Position numbers and translations under genes: made by a program. 64,000 nt of DNA, taken from contig NC_057719.1 of the NCBI RefSeq assembly GCF_004010195.1, forward strand, positions 14,952,269 to 15,016,268. The letters are read 5' to 3'. Shown here one piece after another: positions 38,009-50,903 of this stretch. The first letter of the stretch is position 1. Each line of letters begins with the position of its first letter. The stretch comes from Chiloscyllium plagiosum (taxonomy: Eukaryota). The notes under the pieces are model-generated. The model had not been told where the DNA came from, ran no database searches, and saw nothing but the letters and a program-made list of their open reading frames with translations.

Positions 38009-40419
38009 ATAAAACTTGATGGGTTACCCAAAATGAAATTTCAAAAATTGAAAAGTCAATGGTCAGCACTGGTCTCAATGTTTCTGTGTCTTTTTAAAGG
38101 AATGTGTCTGTTGAGTTATGTGTTGTAACTCAGCACTAATGGACTAAGCTACCACAGTATGGCTGAAAAGTTCAAATCCTGTTAAAAACAGTGACTTAGA
38201 TGATAATGTGACTAATTATCTGCTAAATATAGTGTACTTGATCAGAGAGTTGTGCTGTGAAAATATCATATCAGAAGATATATAAGTAGCAACAACATAA
38301 TGAGAGAAGTCTGAGGTCAAAATTTGCTCAAACCGTGAGATAAGCCTCTTACCAGGGAAATAAGAAAATCTCTTCATGAGTAATTGATCAAACCAGTCAT
38401 GCCAGTTAACACATTCCTCACCAGTGGTCAAACTGATCTTACTGCTGGAGACTGGGCAGTGTCAAAGTTTGAAAACACAGCCTGCTTAGCTGGAGAAAGG
38501 GTAAAAGAAAGCCTAACTCAGAGCGATAGTTAGATAGCTCAAGAGGGATCGTCTGATCAACGATGAAACAGGCTGATCTCCTCTTTTGGCCTGATTTTCA
38601 GACAAGTCCATGTAAACTTGTGATTGTAAGAATGATGAGGTTAAGTTGGAGAGTCTTGCTACTGTTGCAGTATTCTGTCATGTACTTTGCTTTGATAAAG
38701 AACATTGGGTAAATCCCGTTGTTAGAACTTCCTTGGGTTACTGAAATCCAGAATAAACCTGATAGACCAGGAAAGGTGGGAATAAAAGCCTACAACACAC
38801 AGGCGAGAGACACTAAGCACAAGTATCTCATTATGCTAATACCAATATCATCCTAAAGCATGAAATAAAGCAGAGGTGTTGCTCAGTTATCAGTAGATTC
38901 CTCACAGTGATGCGCAATAGATTGACTGAAGCTTGAAGCAAGTATATAATGTTTATCTTCAAGTGCAAAGCCACGTTTAATTATCATTCTGTGCTAAAAT
39001 CTTTCCATAATTATATTCAGTGTAAGTTTATTAAATATCAGTCTCTATTCCACAGCATGTTGTAAATTACTTCACAGCCAATTTGATTTCAAAATACTGT
39101 TGTCAGTTGCTTCTGTAGTCGTATATCTAGAGCTCGGGTTTGTTCATTATTGAGGGAACTTGCTGTAAGATTGGCAGATTCTTTGTAAACTGGGCCCTTA
39201 GGATTAGGCCAATTTTTTTTTTAAATCAGAAAAATGTGAAGAAAATAACTGGTTTGCTCCTTTATTTCACTTTTGACACTTTGAAGTTGGTTGATTGAAA
39301 AGTGACTGATATGCGTCAGATGCATAACTTTTGCACAGACAGATTGACTGCCCTATGTATTTGGATAGTTCACTTTACTTCTGCAGTTTCCTGTCTCAAC
39401 TGAATGTGAAAACTTGATTTCAACCACAGTACTCCTCATTTGGGCCGGCAAACATTTCAGATGTTGATTGCTTTTGAAACTAAATGCAGCAATGCCAGGG
39501 AAATAAAAGGAAATAAACTTAAGATTCATTTTCATTAACAATTGCTGGAGCTAATTAAAACAGTAAAATGATCCTAAATGCTCAAAGATGAATGAGTTAA
39601 AAGTCTTGATCTGTATTCTCCAATGAATTATTTAAAGGGGAAGTAACCTTGCCAAAATAAGAAATGTCTTTGGCAAACTATTAAGAATTTGTTTACAGAT
39701 GTCTTAACAGTGCAAGCCACGTTGAGTCTCTCAGGGTCTTACGTACAAGTGTTGCTGTGTAAACACTTTTTGTGGCTCTTTATCCACATCAGTCAAAAAG
39801 AGAGAGATTGAGAAATGTACTTACTTGATGATGATTGCACTTTAACTACTGGCTTTGTTACAAAGTCCAAATAGATGCTTATATATTTTCAAATAACCTA
39901 CTGACAAGAAAGCCATTACATTTTCCTCATGAGTTGTTTCTCAATGTTGCAGTTTGTCACAAATCACATTCTTATAGCGTGCCTCTCAGGAAATCAAAAG
40001 GAATGAAATTACTGAGAAAAAAAGCAAGTTTGATTGTTAGAATCACGTGTTTTGCAAAGTTTCCAATGGAAAGAACATTCTGAAGACAATTTCAGTTGAA
40101 ATATTCACTTGGATCAATGTCCTCAGTCATTGACTTAATAACTCCTTCGGGGCTTCATTTTGAATGCAGGCACCAGTATCGCCAATTGCACTTATTGTTC
40201 TATTTTTGCCATTTGTGCTCAGCTGACTCTCCAGGTTTTTCAATTACTTACGACATTGTGTCCAAGCTCATCCAGCAACCACATTTTTAAGCACGCTGTG
40301 TCAGCTGGGTATAAAACTTCTCATGGCACCATTACAAAGCAGTGCAGTACCATTTTCCTTAGTCCCCTAAGCAATATTACTCCTCAATCCACATCACTAT
40401 GACACATGATCACGATCAC

Positions 40420-40590
40420 ACCCTGTTTGTGCGACCTTACCATGAGCAAATTGACTAAACTGTTTCCTAATTGTGACTGAGAACTGTCTCAATTACACTT
40501 ACAAATTACTCTTTAGAAGTATTTAGTTGGCTTTCCAATGCTTTGGAATGGTATGAGATGATGAAAGACACTATACAAATGCAAATCATT
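40420..40590 (+). mobile_element. Decayed 3' tail of a Deu-type SINE
   Basis: gcaaattgact...gaagtatttagttggc...gctttgg...gaaagacactatacaaatgcaa resembles the SacSINE1/AmnSINE-type tail as I recall it. Confidence 0.5.
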
Positions 40591-42074
40591 ATTTTACGGT
40601 TGACTTCAGTAGTTGGACAGTCAAATGCATCTATTTATCATTTCTTATATGCAAATGTATTTCAAACCAGATTTATGAAGTAAACAATTCTGGGCATGAG
40701 CAAGTGTATGCAAATGTTATAGATATGGCTCATCTTTTGCCAAAATGGAAAAGATGCCTCTTTTCAAACAGTCTGCCAATACTTACCAACAGAAGATTAC
40801 ACGCAATCCTCACCCAGATATTCTACATGAAAACGTAAGCAAATATGTTCACAATGCAGACTCTCACATCTTACATATAAGCTGCATTGGAAAAGGTTGT
40901 ATTTCTTTCAACAAAAACAATAATTTCTGTATGAATTATTATATGAATAGCATTGTTGCAGTTCTGGCATTCGGTATGCATTTCCTGGTGATCTTGTTTC
41001 AGTTATTCAGGATTCCTTTTGCTCACCTTCTCATTGCTGACTCCTTGCATCATGGAACATGTGGCTTCTGAATCTTTGTCTTTGATGTCAAACACTTTGA
41101 TCTTCCAACATCTGCGTGTGCTTTTTGTTTTCTCAAAAACTCTTCCTGCTCATGCTTCAGGACTACCCCCTGATCTTCCCTCCCCCTCATCACCCCATTC
41201 CTCTCATTTGTGCTCCTTCACCATGGTCAAATGCTGACTGATTTGGTATTTTTGGACGCTGGACAATGTTAATCAGCATTTTCAAATTATCCATAACCTA
41301 TCATGAAAACTATATTCTCAAACAATCCCTAGCTCGTTTTACATGGATTTAATCATGTAGCCTTCTCTCATAAGATTCTAAAGTGAATGGCTCGAGAATC
41401 TATCCATGCTTTCATTGACCACTTACAATCTGTCAGAAGGTCACTTGGCTCATTCCTGCAGCCTCTGCTAGACACCATATTAGAATTACCTACAGTACTC
41501 TTCCCACCAGAAGATACATTTATCACCGCATGTTTAAATGATCTAAACCGATTCAATTTGCTTGCTTTGGCTTCAATGTACAAGATGCAGCCAATACTCT
41601 GTTAAATGTCAGCTCGAGACAGCAGCAGCAGCATTATGAACAGTCAAATGGACCATGTGCACATGTTCTTGCTAAAACGCATGGCTGTTTTTGTTTAAAT
41701 TGAAGGAATGATTTAAGCAGGCTGTAGTGGAAGATTTACAAATACAATCAATTTTGACTATGATTTCGAAGAAAACCTGAGAGAAACACAGATTTGTTTG
41801 CAAACAACCTTATTTTTCATAGAACTGACCTGCAGGCTGACTGGTAAAGGATGAGCCTAATTTGACATGCTGTCATGACAAGCGATCACCAGCACATCTT
41901 TCCTCCGTCACAGTCAGGGAGTATTTTCAAAAAGGTATTTTTTGTCTAGGATATCGATGCAATAATTTTTCAACTCTCACACACTCTAATAACATGGTCA
42001 ATAACTCGGATCTTCCTAAGGTTTATATTCACATACCATCTTTCATGACCTCAGAACATGACAAAGTGCTTTTG

Positions 42075-42390
42075 GAAGTGCAGACACTTTGAACACAGCA
42101 AACATTTAATAATTACCTGAAACTTTGTTTTCAACGATTTACTGGAGAGTTAATTGTTGGTCAGGACATCAAGTAGACATTCCTTACTCAGCTTCAAAGT
42201 ACTCCCCTGAAATTTCTTAAATCCACCTCAACTTTACACTTCATCTGTAAGGTGCACTTCTGACAGTGCAGCACTCCCTCAGTACTGGCAATAGAGGGTC
42301 AGACTAGATTCTGAGCAAAAGTTGCTGGAGTGAGAATTGAATATTCATTTCTCTGACTCAGAGTTAAGAATGCCATCCCACTCCACCCAT
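42075..42390 (-). mobile_element. Deu-domain SINE (SacSINE1/AmnSINE-like), old
   Basis: Minus strand cagtactgagggagtgctgcactgtcagaagtgcacc..cagatga (Deu core); tRNA-like head remnant. Confidence 0.7.
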
Positions 42391-42399
42391 TTCAGTTCA

Positions 42400-43490
42400 A
42401 ACAGAAAGGATGTCTTATGACTTCCACCAGGATAGCAAGCATTCAGCAAGTCAATGTTTGCTCAATCTTGTATTTGGCACTGATACTGCTACCTGCACAT
42501 TGAGATATTGTTCTGGAGTATCTCGAGGTCTGCTGTGGTCAAATGAAGTTTTGCCATTTTCGAATTATAATCGACCAGGGCGAAACCTTCTCTCTGAAAT
42601 TCCAATAAGATCCATTGTTAACACTTCCCACAGTCTTTTCACAAAATCTGATGAAATCCCCATTGGCCTTTTGGACATGCATGAGGTACAATCAGCAGCA
42701 GCAGAACTGTATTCAGCCACAACCTGTACCTCATAGCCCACACTTCACCTATTCATCAATCAGCCTCAATGTCGATTGCAGAAGGGCTTGCCAGGAGTAG
42801 CATCAGGCATACCTAAAATAATGTGTTAAACTGTTGAGGCCACAACACAGGGCTACTTGAATAAAGGGAGGAAGTGAGGACTGCAGATGCTGGAGACCAG
42901 AGTTGAAAAATGTGGTGCTGGAAAAACACAGCAGGCCAGGGCTACTTGAATGTCAAATAACTTAAGTATCATGCGTTAGACAGAGCTAAATCATCCCACA
43001 ACCAAAGAATAGCAATGGATGATTGAACAACTCATCGGAGGAGAAGCCTCCACAAATATCCCCATCCTCAATGATCAGGAAAGCAAGGTCTACTCTGCAA
43101 AAGATGAAGCATGTAGAAGCATCTGCAGCTATAACTGCTGAGTAGGCAGTGCCATCTTGGCTCTTCCTGGATATTCTTGCATCCCAAGTACTAGATCCCA
43201 ATCTTCAGCCAATTTGACTTACTTCAGGCAACATCAACAGATGGTTGAAGGTCTGGGATCCTGCAAAGGCTAAGGGGCCTGATAACATTCTTGCAATTGT
43301 ACTGAAGACCAGTGCTCCAGAATTAGCTACCTCCTTAGACAAACTGTTACGATACATTTACATGTATATCCTATCCAAAAAACAATGCTGGATAAATCCA
43401 ACCCAACCATTTGCTATAGACTCCATGAGTCTATTCTCAATCACCAGTGAATTGGTGGAAGATGTCACCAATGGTGTAATTAAGTGGCAC
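42400..43490 (+). mobile_element. Old L2/CR1-group LINE fragment, with a PLE insert at 42863-42936
   Basis: DPAKAKGPDNILAIVLKTSAPELA (RT N-terminus); insert TSD cagggctacttgaat at 42848-42862 and 42937-42951. Confidence 0.65.
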
Positions 43491-43599
43491 TTATGTTTAA
43501 TTCATCCATGGCATGTGGGTATTGCCAGCTAGGCTGGCATGTATTGGCCATCCCTAAATGTCCATGGGTTAGTTAGGCAAGACTTTCATTCCATATTTG

Positions 43600-46500
43600 G
43601 GTAATCCAAGATGGAGAGCAGGAAAAAATTCTCGCTGTACAGGCTGCTCCATTTTTTGAGGTATTTTAGATGTTGGAGGTGATTTCCTTGAATTCCAGGA
43701 GCAGCAATGACTGTTTCATATGCTGTTGCATTGTTTTGGAATGTTGGAGAAAAAAAAAAGTCAGAACAACAGCACTTTTAAAATTGAGAGGAACAGACAA
43801 AGGCAGCAATGATCAGGTCAGTGCAGGAGAGAGAAACCCACACTGCTAACTAAGATAGCAGTGAACCTGCACAGTTACTGCCTTTGCTGTTGAATTCATT
43901 TATCGCTGGACATGGGAGTGCGTCTAGGAAAATCAATAAACAGTGAAAGTCCCAACTGATCTTGGAGGAACCTGTTTGGGAAAGGTCACAGCACAGAGAC
44001 AGATAAGTGAATAGTTTTAAGTGTGCCTTGGGGCCTTGCTGTAAGTCTGCAGTATTGAGTAAAATGGGTTCTTTCTCGATTAAATGTTTTATTGAGCTAT
44101 GTCTCTTGATTAAACTTAAAAATATAAGCCATAAGTATTATGTTAGCCTGGAGCAGTGTTTTGTGGAGGAATAAGACCTGCAGATTGGAAGAAGCAAAAA
44201 TGGCCTTTAATAAAGTGATATGCTCTTCTTGTCGGATGTGGGAGTTTAGGAAGAGTTTACGTTTTACTGAGGATTGTATATGCAATAAATGCCATTAGTT
44301 GTGAATCCTGTCAGATCGAATAGGTCGATTGGAGCAACAGTTAGAAGCAATGAGGGATTTACAAGAGCAAGGGGATGTGATGGATGGCAGTTATAGGAAG
44401 GGAGAAAAGTTCAGATACAGTCACATAGAAGGGTAACTCCAGGAAAGGCAAGAGGGGTAGGCAAGTAGTGCAGGAATCTTCTGTGGCTATCCCCATTTCA
44501 AACAAGTCTGGTGTTTGGAAAATATTGGGGATGATGGATTCTCAGGGAAATGTAGCATGAACAGCCAAGTTTCTGGTATTGAGACTGGCTCTGATGCAAT
44601 GATGGGTATGTCTGGATTCAAGAGATCAATTGTGTTAGGGGACTCTCTATTCCGAGGCATAGACAGATATTTCTATGGCCAGTAATGAAAAATCAGAATG
44701 GTGTGTTACTTCTCTGGGTGCCAGGATCAAGGATGTCTCAGAGAGAGTGTAGAATGTTCTCAAGAGGGAGAGGGCCAGCAGCATTGGATCCAATGACATA
44801 GGAAGGGAAAAGGATGAGATTCTGAAGGGAGATTACAGAGAGTTAGTTAGGAATTTAAAAGGAGGTCCTTGAGTGTAGTTATATCCCAGTACTACGAGCT
44901 AGCGAGGGTAGGAATAGGAGGATAGAGCAGATGAATGCATGGCTGAGGAGAAAGATTCAGATTTTTGAACCATTGGAATCTCTTTGGGGTAGAAGTGACC
45001 TGTTCAAGAAGGACGGATTGCACCTGAATTGGAAGGGGACTAATATACTGGCAGGGAGATTTGTTAGAACTGCTCAGGCGGATTTAAACTAATAAGGAGG
45101 GGGGGGGGGGGGGTGGGACCCAAGGAGATAGTGAGGAAAGAGATCAGTCTGAGACTGATACAGTCAATAAAAGAAGCGAGCCAAACAGTCAGGGCAGGCA
45201 GGGACAAAGCAGAGACTGATAAATTAAACTCCATTAATTTCAATGCAAGAGGCCTAACAGGGAAGGCAGATGAACTCAGGGCATGGTTAGGAACTGGGAT
45301 ATGATAGCAATTACAGAAACATGGCTCAGGGATGGGCAGGACTGGAAGCTTAATTTTCCAGGATACAAATGCTACAGGAAGGACAGAAAGGGTGGCATGA
45401 GAGAGAGGGAGTGGCGTTTTTGATAAGGGATAGCATTACAGCTGTACTGAGGGAGGATATTCCCAGAAATACATCCAGGGTAGTTGGTTGGGTGGAACTG
45501 AGAAATAAGAAAGGGATGATCACCTTATTGGGATTGTATTATAGACCCGCAAACAGTTGGAGGGAAGTTGAAAAACAAATTTGTAAGGAGATCTCAGTTA
45601 TCTGTAAGAATAATAGGGTGGTTATGGTAGGGGATTTTAACTTTACAACATAGACTGGGACTGCCATAGAGTTAAGGGTTTAGATGGAGAGGAATTTGTT
45701 AAGCATGTACAAGAATTTTTTCTGATTCAGTGTCTGGATGTACCTACGAGAGAAGGTGCAAAACTTGACCTACTCTTGGGGAATGAGGCAGGGCAGGTGA
45801 CTGAGGTGTCAGTGGGTGAGCACTTTGGGGCCAGCGACCATAATTTTATTAGTTTTAAAATAGTGATAGAAAAGGATAGACCAGATCTAAAAGTTGAAGT
45901 TCTAAATTGGAGAAAGGCCAATTTTTGATTGTTTTAAGCAAGAATTTTCAAAAGCTGATTGGGGGCAGATGTTTGCAGGTAAAGGGATGGCTGGAAAATG
46001 GGAGGCATTCAGAAATGAGATAATGTGAGTCCAGAGATGGTATATCCCTGTTAGGGTGAAAGGAAAGGTTGGTAGGTATAAGGAATGCTGGATGACTAAA
46101 GAAATTGAGGTTTTGGTTAAGGTAAAGAAGGAAGCATATGTCAGGTTTCGACAGGATAGATCAAGTGAATGCTTAGAAGAGTATAAAGGCAGTAGGAATA
46201 TACTTACGAGGGAAATCAAGAGGGCAAAAAGGAGACATGAGATAGCTTTAGCAAATAGAGTTAAGGAGAATCCAAAGGGTTTTTACAAATACATTAAGGA
46301 CAAAAGGGTAATAGGGAGAGAATAGGGCCCCTCAAAGAACAGCAAGGCGGCCTTTGTGTGGCGCCGCAGAAAATGGGGAAGATACTAAATGAGTATCTTG
46401 CATCAGTGTTTACTGTGGAAAAGGATATGGAAGATATGGACTGTAGGGAAATAGATGGTGACATCTTTAAAAATGTCCAGATTACAGAGGAGGAAGTGCT

Positions 46501-48550
46501 GGATGTCTTGAAATGCATTAAGGTGGATAAATCCCCAGGACCTGATCAGGTGTACCCTCGAACTCTGTGGGAAGCTAGAGAAGTGATTGCTGGGCCTCTT
46601 ACTGAAATATTTGTATCGTCGATAGTCACAGGTGAGGTGCCAGAAGACTGGAAGTTGGCTAATGTGGTGCCACTGTTTAAGAAGGGTGGTAAGGACAAGC
46701 CAGGGAACTATAGACCGGTGAGCCTGACGTCGGTGGTGGGCAAGTTGTTGGAGGGNNNNNNNNNNNNNNNNNNNNNNNNNNNNNNNNNNNNNNNNNNNNN
46801 NNNNNNNNNNNNNNNNNNNNNNNNNNNNNNNNNNNNNNNNNNNNNNNNNNNNNNNNNNNNNNNNNNNNNNNNNNNNNNNNNNNNNNNNNNNNNNNNNNNN
46901 NNNNNNNNNNNNNNNNNNNNNNNNNNNNNNNNNNNNNNNNNNNNNNNNNNNNNNNNNNNNNNNNNNNNNNNNNNNNNNNNNNNNNNNNNNNNNNNNNNNN
47001 NNNNNNNNNNNNNNNNNNNNNNNNNNNNNNNNNNNNNNNNNNNNNNNNNNNNNNNNNNNNNNNNNNNNNNNNNNNNNNNNNNNNNNNNNNNNNNNNNNNN
47101 NNNNNNNNNNNNNNNNNNNNNNNNNNNNNNNNNNNNNNNNNNNNNNNNNNNNNNNNNNNNNNNNNNNNNNAAGAAGGGCTTATGCCCGAAACGTCGATTC
47201 TCCTGTTCCCTGGATGCTGCCTGACCTGCTGCGCTTTTCCAGCAACACATTTCCAGCTCTGATTAGGGATAGTCAACATGGCTTTGTGCGTGGGAAATCA
47301 TGTCTCACAAGCTTGATTGAGTTTTTTGAAGAGGTAACAAAGAGGATTGATGAGGGCAGAGCGGTAGATGTGATCTATATGGACTTCAGTAAGGGTTCAA
47401 CAAGGTTCCCCATGGGAGATTGGTTAGCAAGGTTAGATCTCATGGAATAGAGGGAGAACTAGCCATTTGGATACAGAACTGGCTCAAAGTAGAAGACAGA
47501 GTGTGGTAGTGGAGGGTTGTTTTTCAGACTGGAGGCCTGTGACCAGTGGAGTGCCACAAAGGTCGGTGTTGGGTCCTCTACTTTTTGTCACTTATATAAA
47601 TGATTTGGATGTGACCATAAAAAGTATAGTTAGTAAGTTTGCAGATGTCACCAAATTTGGAGGTGTAATGGACAGCAAAGTTTACCTCAGATTACAATGA
47701 GATCTTAATCAGATTGGCCATTGGACTGAGAAGTGGTAGATGGAGTTTAATTCAGATAAATGCGAGGTGCTGCAAATCTTGGGAAAGCAAATCTTAGCAG
47801 GACTTAAACATTTAATTGTAAGATCCTAGGGAGTGTTGCTGAACAAAGAGACCTTGGAGTGCAGATTCATAGCACTTTGAAAGTGGAGTCACAGGTAGAT
47901 AGGATAGTGAAGAAGGCATTTGGTATGCATTCCTTTATCAGTAAGAGTATTGAGTACAGGAGTTGGGAGGTCATGTTGCGACTGTACAGGACATTGATTA
48001 GGCCACTTTTGGAATATTGTGTGCAATTCTGGTCTCCTTCCTATCGGAGGGATGTTGTGAAACTTGAAAGGGTTCAGAAAAGATTTACAAGGATTTTGCC
48101 AGAGTTGGAGGATTTGAGCATAGGGAGAGGTTGAATAGGTGAGGGCCATTTTCCCTCTAGCGTCAGAGGTTGCGGGGTGACCTTATAGAGGTTTATAAAA
48201 TCATGAGGATAAATAAACAAAGTCTTTTCCCTGAGGTGGGGGGAGTCCAGAAATAGAAGGCATAAGTTTAGGGTGAGAGGGGAAAGATATAAAAGAGACC
48301 TAAGGGGCAACGTTTTCATGCAGAGGGTGGTGCATGATTGGAATGAGCTGCCAGAGGAAATGGTGGAGGCTAGTACAATTGCAACATTTAAAAGGCATCT
48401 GGATGGGTGTTTGAATAGGAAGGGTTTGGAGGGACATGGGCCAGGTGCTGGCTGGTGGGACTAGATTGGGTTGGGATATCTGGTCGGCATAGACGGGTTG
48501 GACCGAAGGGTCTATTTCCATGCTGTATACCTCTATGACTCCATGACTCC
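43600..48550 (+). mobile_element. Near full-length CR1 LINE (5' UTR; ORF1 Zn/coiled-coil plus esterase; ORF2 APE-RT), inactivated
   Basis: ORF1 MAFNKVICSSCRMWE..CICNKC at ~44200, LGDS, KDGLHLN; ORF2 NARGLTGKADEL, GDFN, SDHN, NYRPVSLTS, KFADVTK; (atgactc)n tail; many stops. Confidence 0.93.
46756..47170. other. Assembly gap, followed by a PLE terminal fragment (47171-47258) inserted in the CR1
   Basis: Run of N; next bases aagaagggcttatgcccgaaacgtcg are a hammerhead cut off by the gap. Confidence 0.95.
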
Positions 48551-48554
48551 ATGA

Positions 48555-49095
48555 ACATCTTCAGCATCCACTCCCCATACCACCAATGCTCAGTAGCAGC
48601 AGTGTGTGTCATCTTAAGATACACTGCAGAACTTCATCAAGGCTCCTCAGATAGCAGCTTCCAAACCCATGACCTCTATGATCAAAGAAGTCAAAAACAG
48701 CAAACACATGGGAAGATCTGAGGTTCCCCTCCGAGGCGAATAATTTACTGACTTGGAGCTATATCACCATTCCTTTATCGTCAACAAGCTAAAATCCTGG
48801 AACTCCCATCCGAACATGCTACATCACATGGAATTTAAGAAAGAGTTGGATAGAGCACTCAAAGATAGTGGAATCAAGGGTTATGGCGATAAGGCAGGAA
48901 CAGGATACTGATTAGGAATGATCAGCCATGATCATGTTGAATGGTGGTGCAGGCTCGAAGGGCTGAATGGCCTACTCCTGCACCTATTGTCTATTGTCTA
49001 TTGTCTATTGAATGCAGTGGTTCAAGAAAGCAGCTCACCAGCACCTTCTCAAAGTTAATTCCCAGCCAGTGCCATCCACATCCCATGAATGAAAA
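48555..49095 (+). mobile_element. 3' end of an old L2-like LINE, with a CR1 tail inserted at ~48833-49010
   Basis: Ends ccacatcccatgaatgaaaa; the insert ends in (ctattgt)n. Confidence 0.65.
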
Positions 49096-49899
49096 TTGTC
49101 TTGTGTATGAGTATGGCACACGTTTAGCTTAACAAAACATATTCCTATTTGTCTTTCAAAAAAGACTGACCATAACACTGATTTTTATGCTCTTGATCTG
49201 CAATTTGTGATACCTAGACATCCTCTGTGGAGCTTCGGTCAGATTTTTCATCACATCAACTTTCATGCTACCATTCTATAGTTATAGAACTTTAATAAAT
49301 TGTCCTCTATCATCAAATATTGTTGCTGTCTGTGGCACCTTTTCAGCACTTTGTCTGCTGGATCTTATTCAACCCTTCTTGCAGATCGAGTTGTCTGACC
49401 TTTGTGCACTCCTGGTCAGATTCTTGAGATGCCCAAACTTGCCCTCAGTTACCTAACTGAAGTTACAATGAAGGACCCTCCTTCTCCACCTGTCCCTTCC
49501 CCTGAGGGGTGATGACCCTCAAGTTTAACCAGTCACGTATCTCTCATGAGAATGCAGCCCTGTGGCCCTTCAGGTCTGTACTTTTTACTTCTTCAGTAAG
49601 AATAAGATCTGCTTCTGCTGAAACCACTGCAGCCTTCCAGAGTGAATCTGTCATTAATCATGGCTTGTACAGTTCTGGAATATCTCAGGCTGTCAGTGTC
49701 TGCACATATACTGTCCCTGAGGCTGCTTGCTCCTTATCTCTCAGTGAGGATTTTCAACTCCTTCTGTGTTGTAACAAACCCTTATTTATGTCTTTATATC
49801 TAACAGCTTATCAAATACAACTCCTCAGACCTTTCTCTCCCCATACTCATCCTAGATTGGTCTGTTCTTGCTTACTGTGTCAAATTATCGGTTAATTCA

Positions 49900-50770
49900 T
49901 CATGGTCTACATGAAACAGCACAAAAATAAGTGGGATAGCAAGTTGTGAGAGTGATACAAATAGTTGGTTTTGAATTATTGATAGGTTAAAAGCAAGTGG
50001 TTAAAAAAAATTGGCAAATGGAGAACTATGTGGCAAATTTTGAAGTTGTTCATTTTGGAAAGGAGAACAAAGGTACAGAGTATTATTTAAATAGAGGAAA
50101 CTGCAGAACTCTGAAATACAGAGGGACTTGGCGCTACTTGAGCATGAAGCACAGAAAGCTAGCACATACGTGCAACAGGTTATCAGGAAGGTTATTGGAA
50201 TATTGGCCCTTATTTCAAGGGGATTGGAGTATTAGAGTAGGGAAGCCTTATTGCAACTGTACAAGCTGCTGGTGAGACCACCTCTAGAGAACTGAGAGCA
50301 GTTTTGGGTTGCCTTATTTAAGGAAATGTATCATTGCACTGGAAGTTCAGAGAAGGTGAACTGCAATGATCCCTGGTGTGGAGAGATTGTCATATGAGCA
50401 AAGGCTAAACAGGCTGAGATTCTGTTCGCTGGAGTTTAGAAGAGAGGTGATCTCATTGAAATGTACAGGATTTTTAAGGGCCGAAAGAGGGTAACTGTTG
50501 AGAAAATGTCCCATTTGGGACAGTCTGAGACAAGAGGACATAGTCTCAATATAAAACAGTGCCAATTGAAGACTGAGTTCAGAGAACTGTAGGGGCAGAG
50601 TGCTTGTGTATATTACAAGCTGAGATAGATAGAGTTTTATTCAGTAGGGGAATCAAGTTTACAGGGAAAATGCAGGAAAGTGGATGTGAGGAATGTCAGA
50701 TCCTTTGAATGGCAGAGCAGGTTGAAGAGGCCAAATGGCCGACCCCTGTTCCTATTTCTTATGGACTTTT
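49900..50770 (+). mobile_element. Old CR1 3' fragment
   Basis: WQMENYVANFEVVHFG and LYKLLVRP; CR1-type 3' UTR. Confidence 0.75.
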
Positions 50771-50903
50771 GGTCATATCTATACCCCACCTCACCCAAAC
50801 AAGAACGAAAATGCATCTGTAAGAGGAATTTTCATTGGTCTTCAAAAATGATCAATTTTATTTCCATAGCACATTAACAATTGCAACATTAAACATACAA
50901 TAA

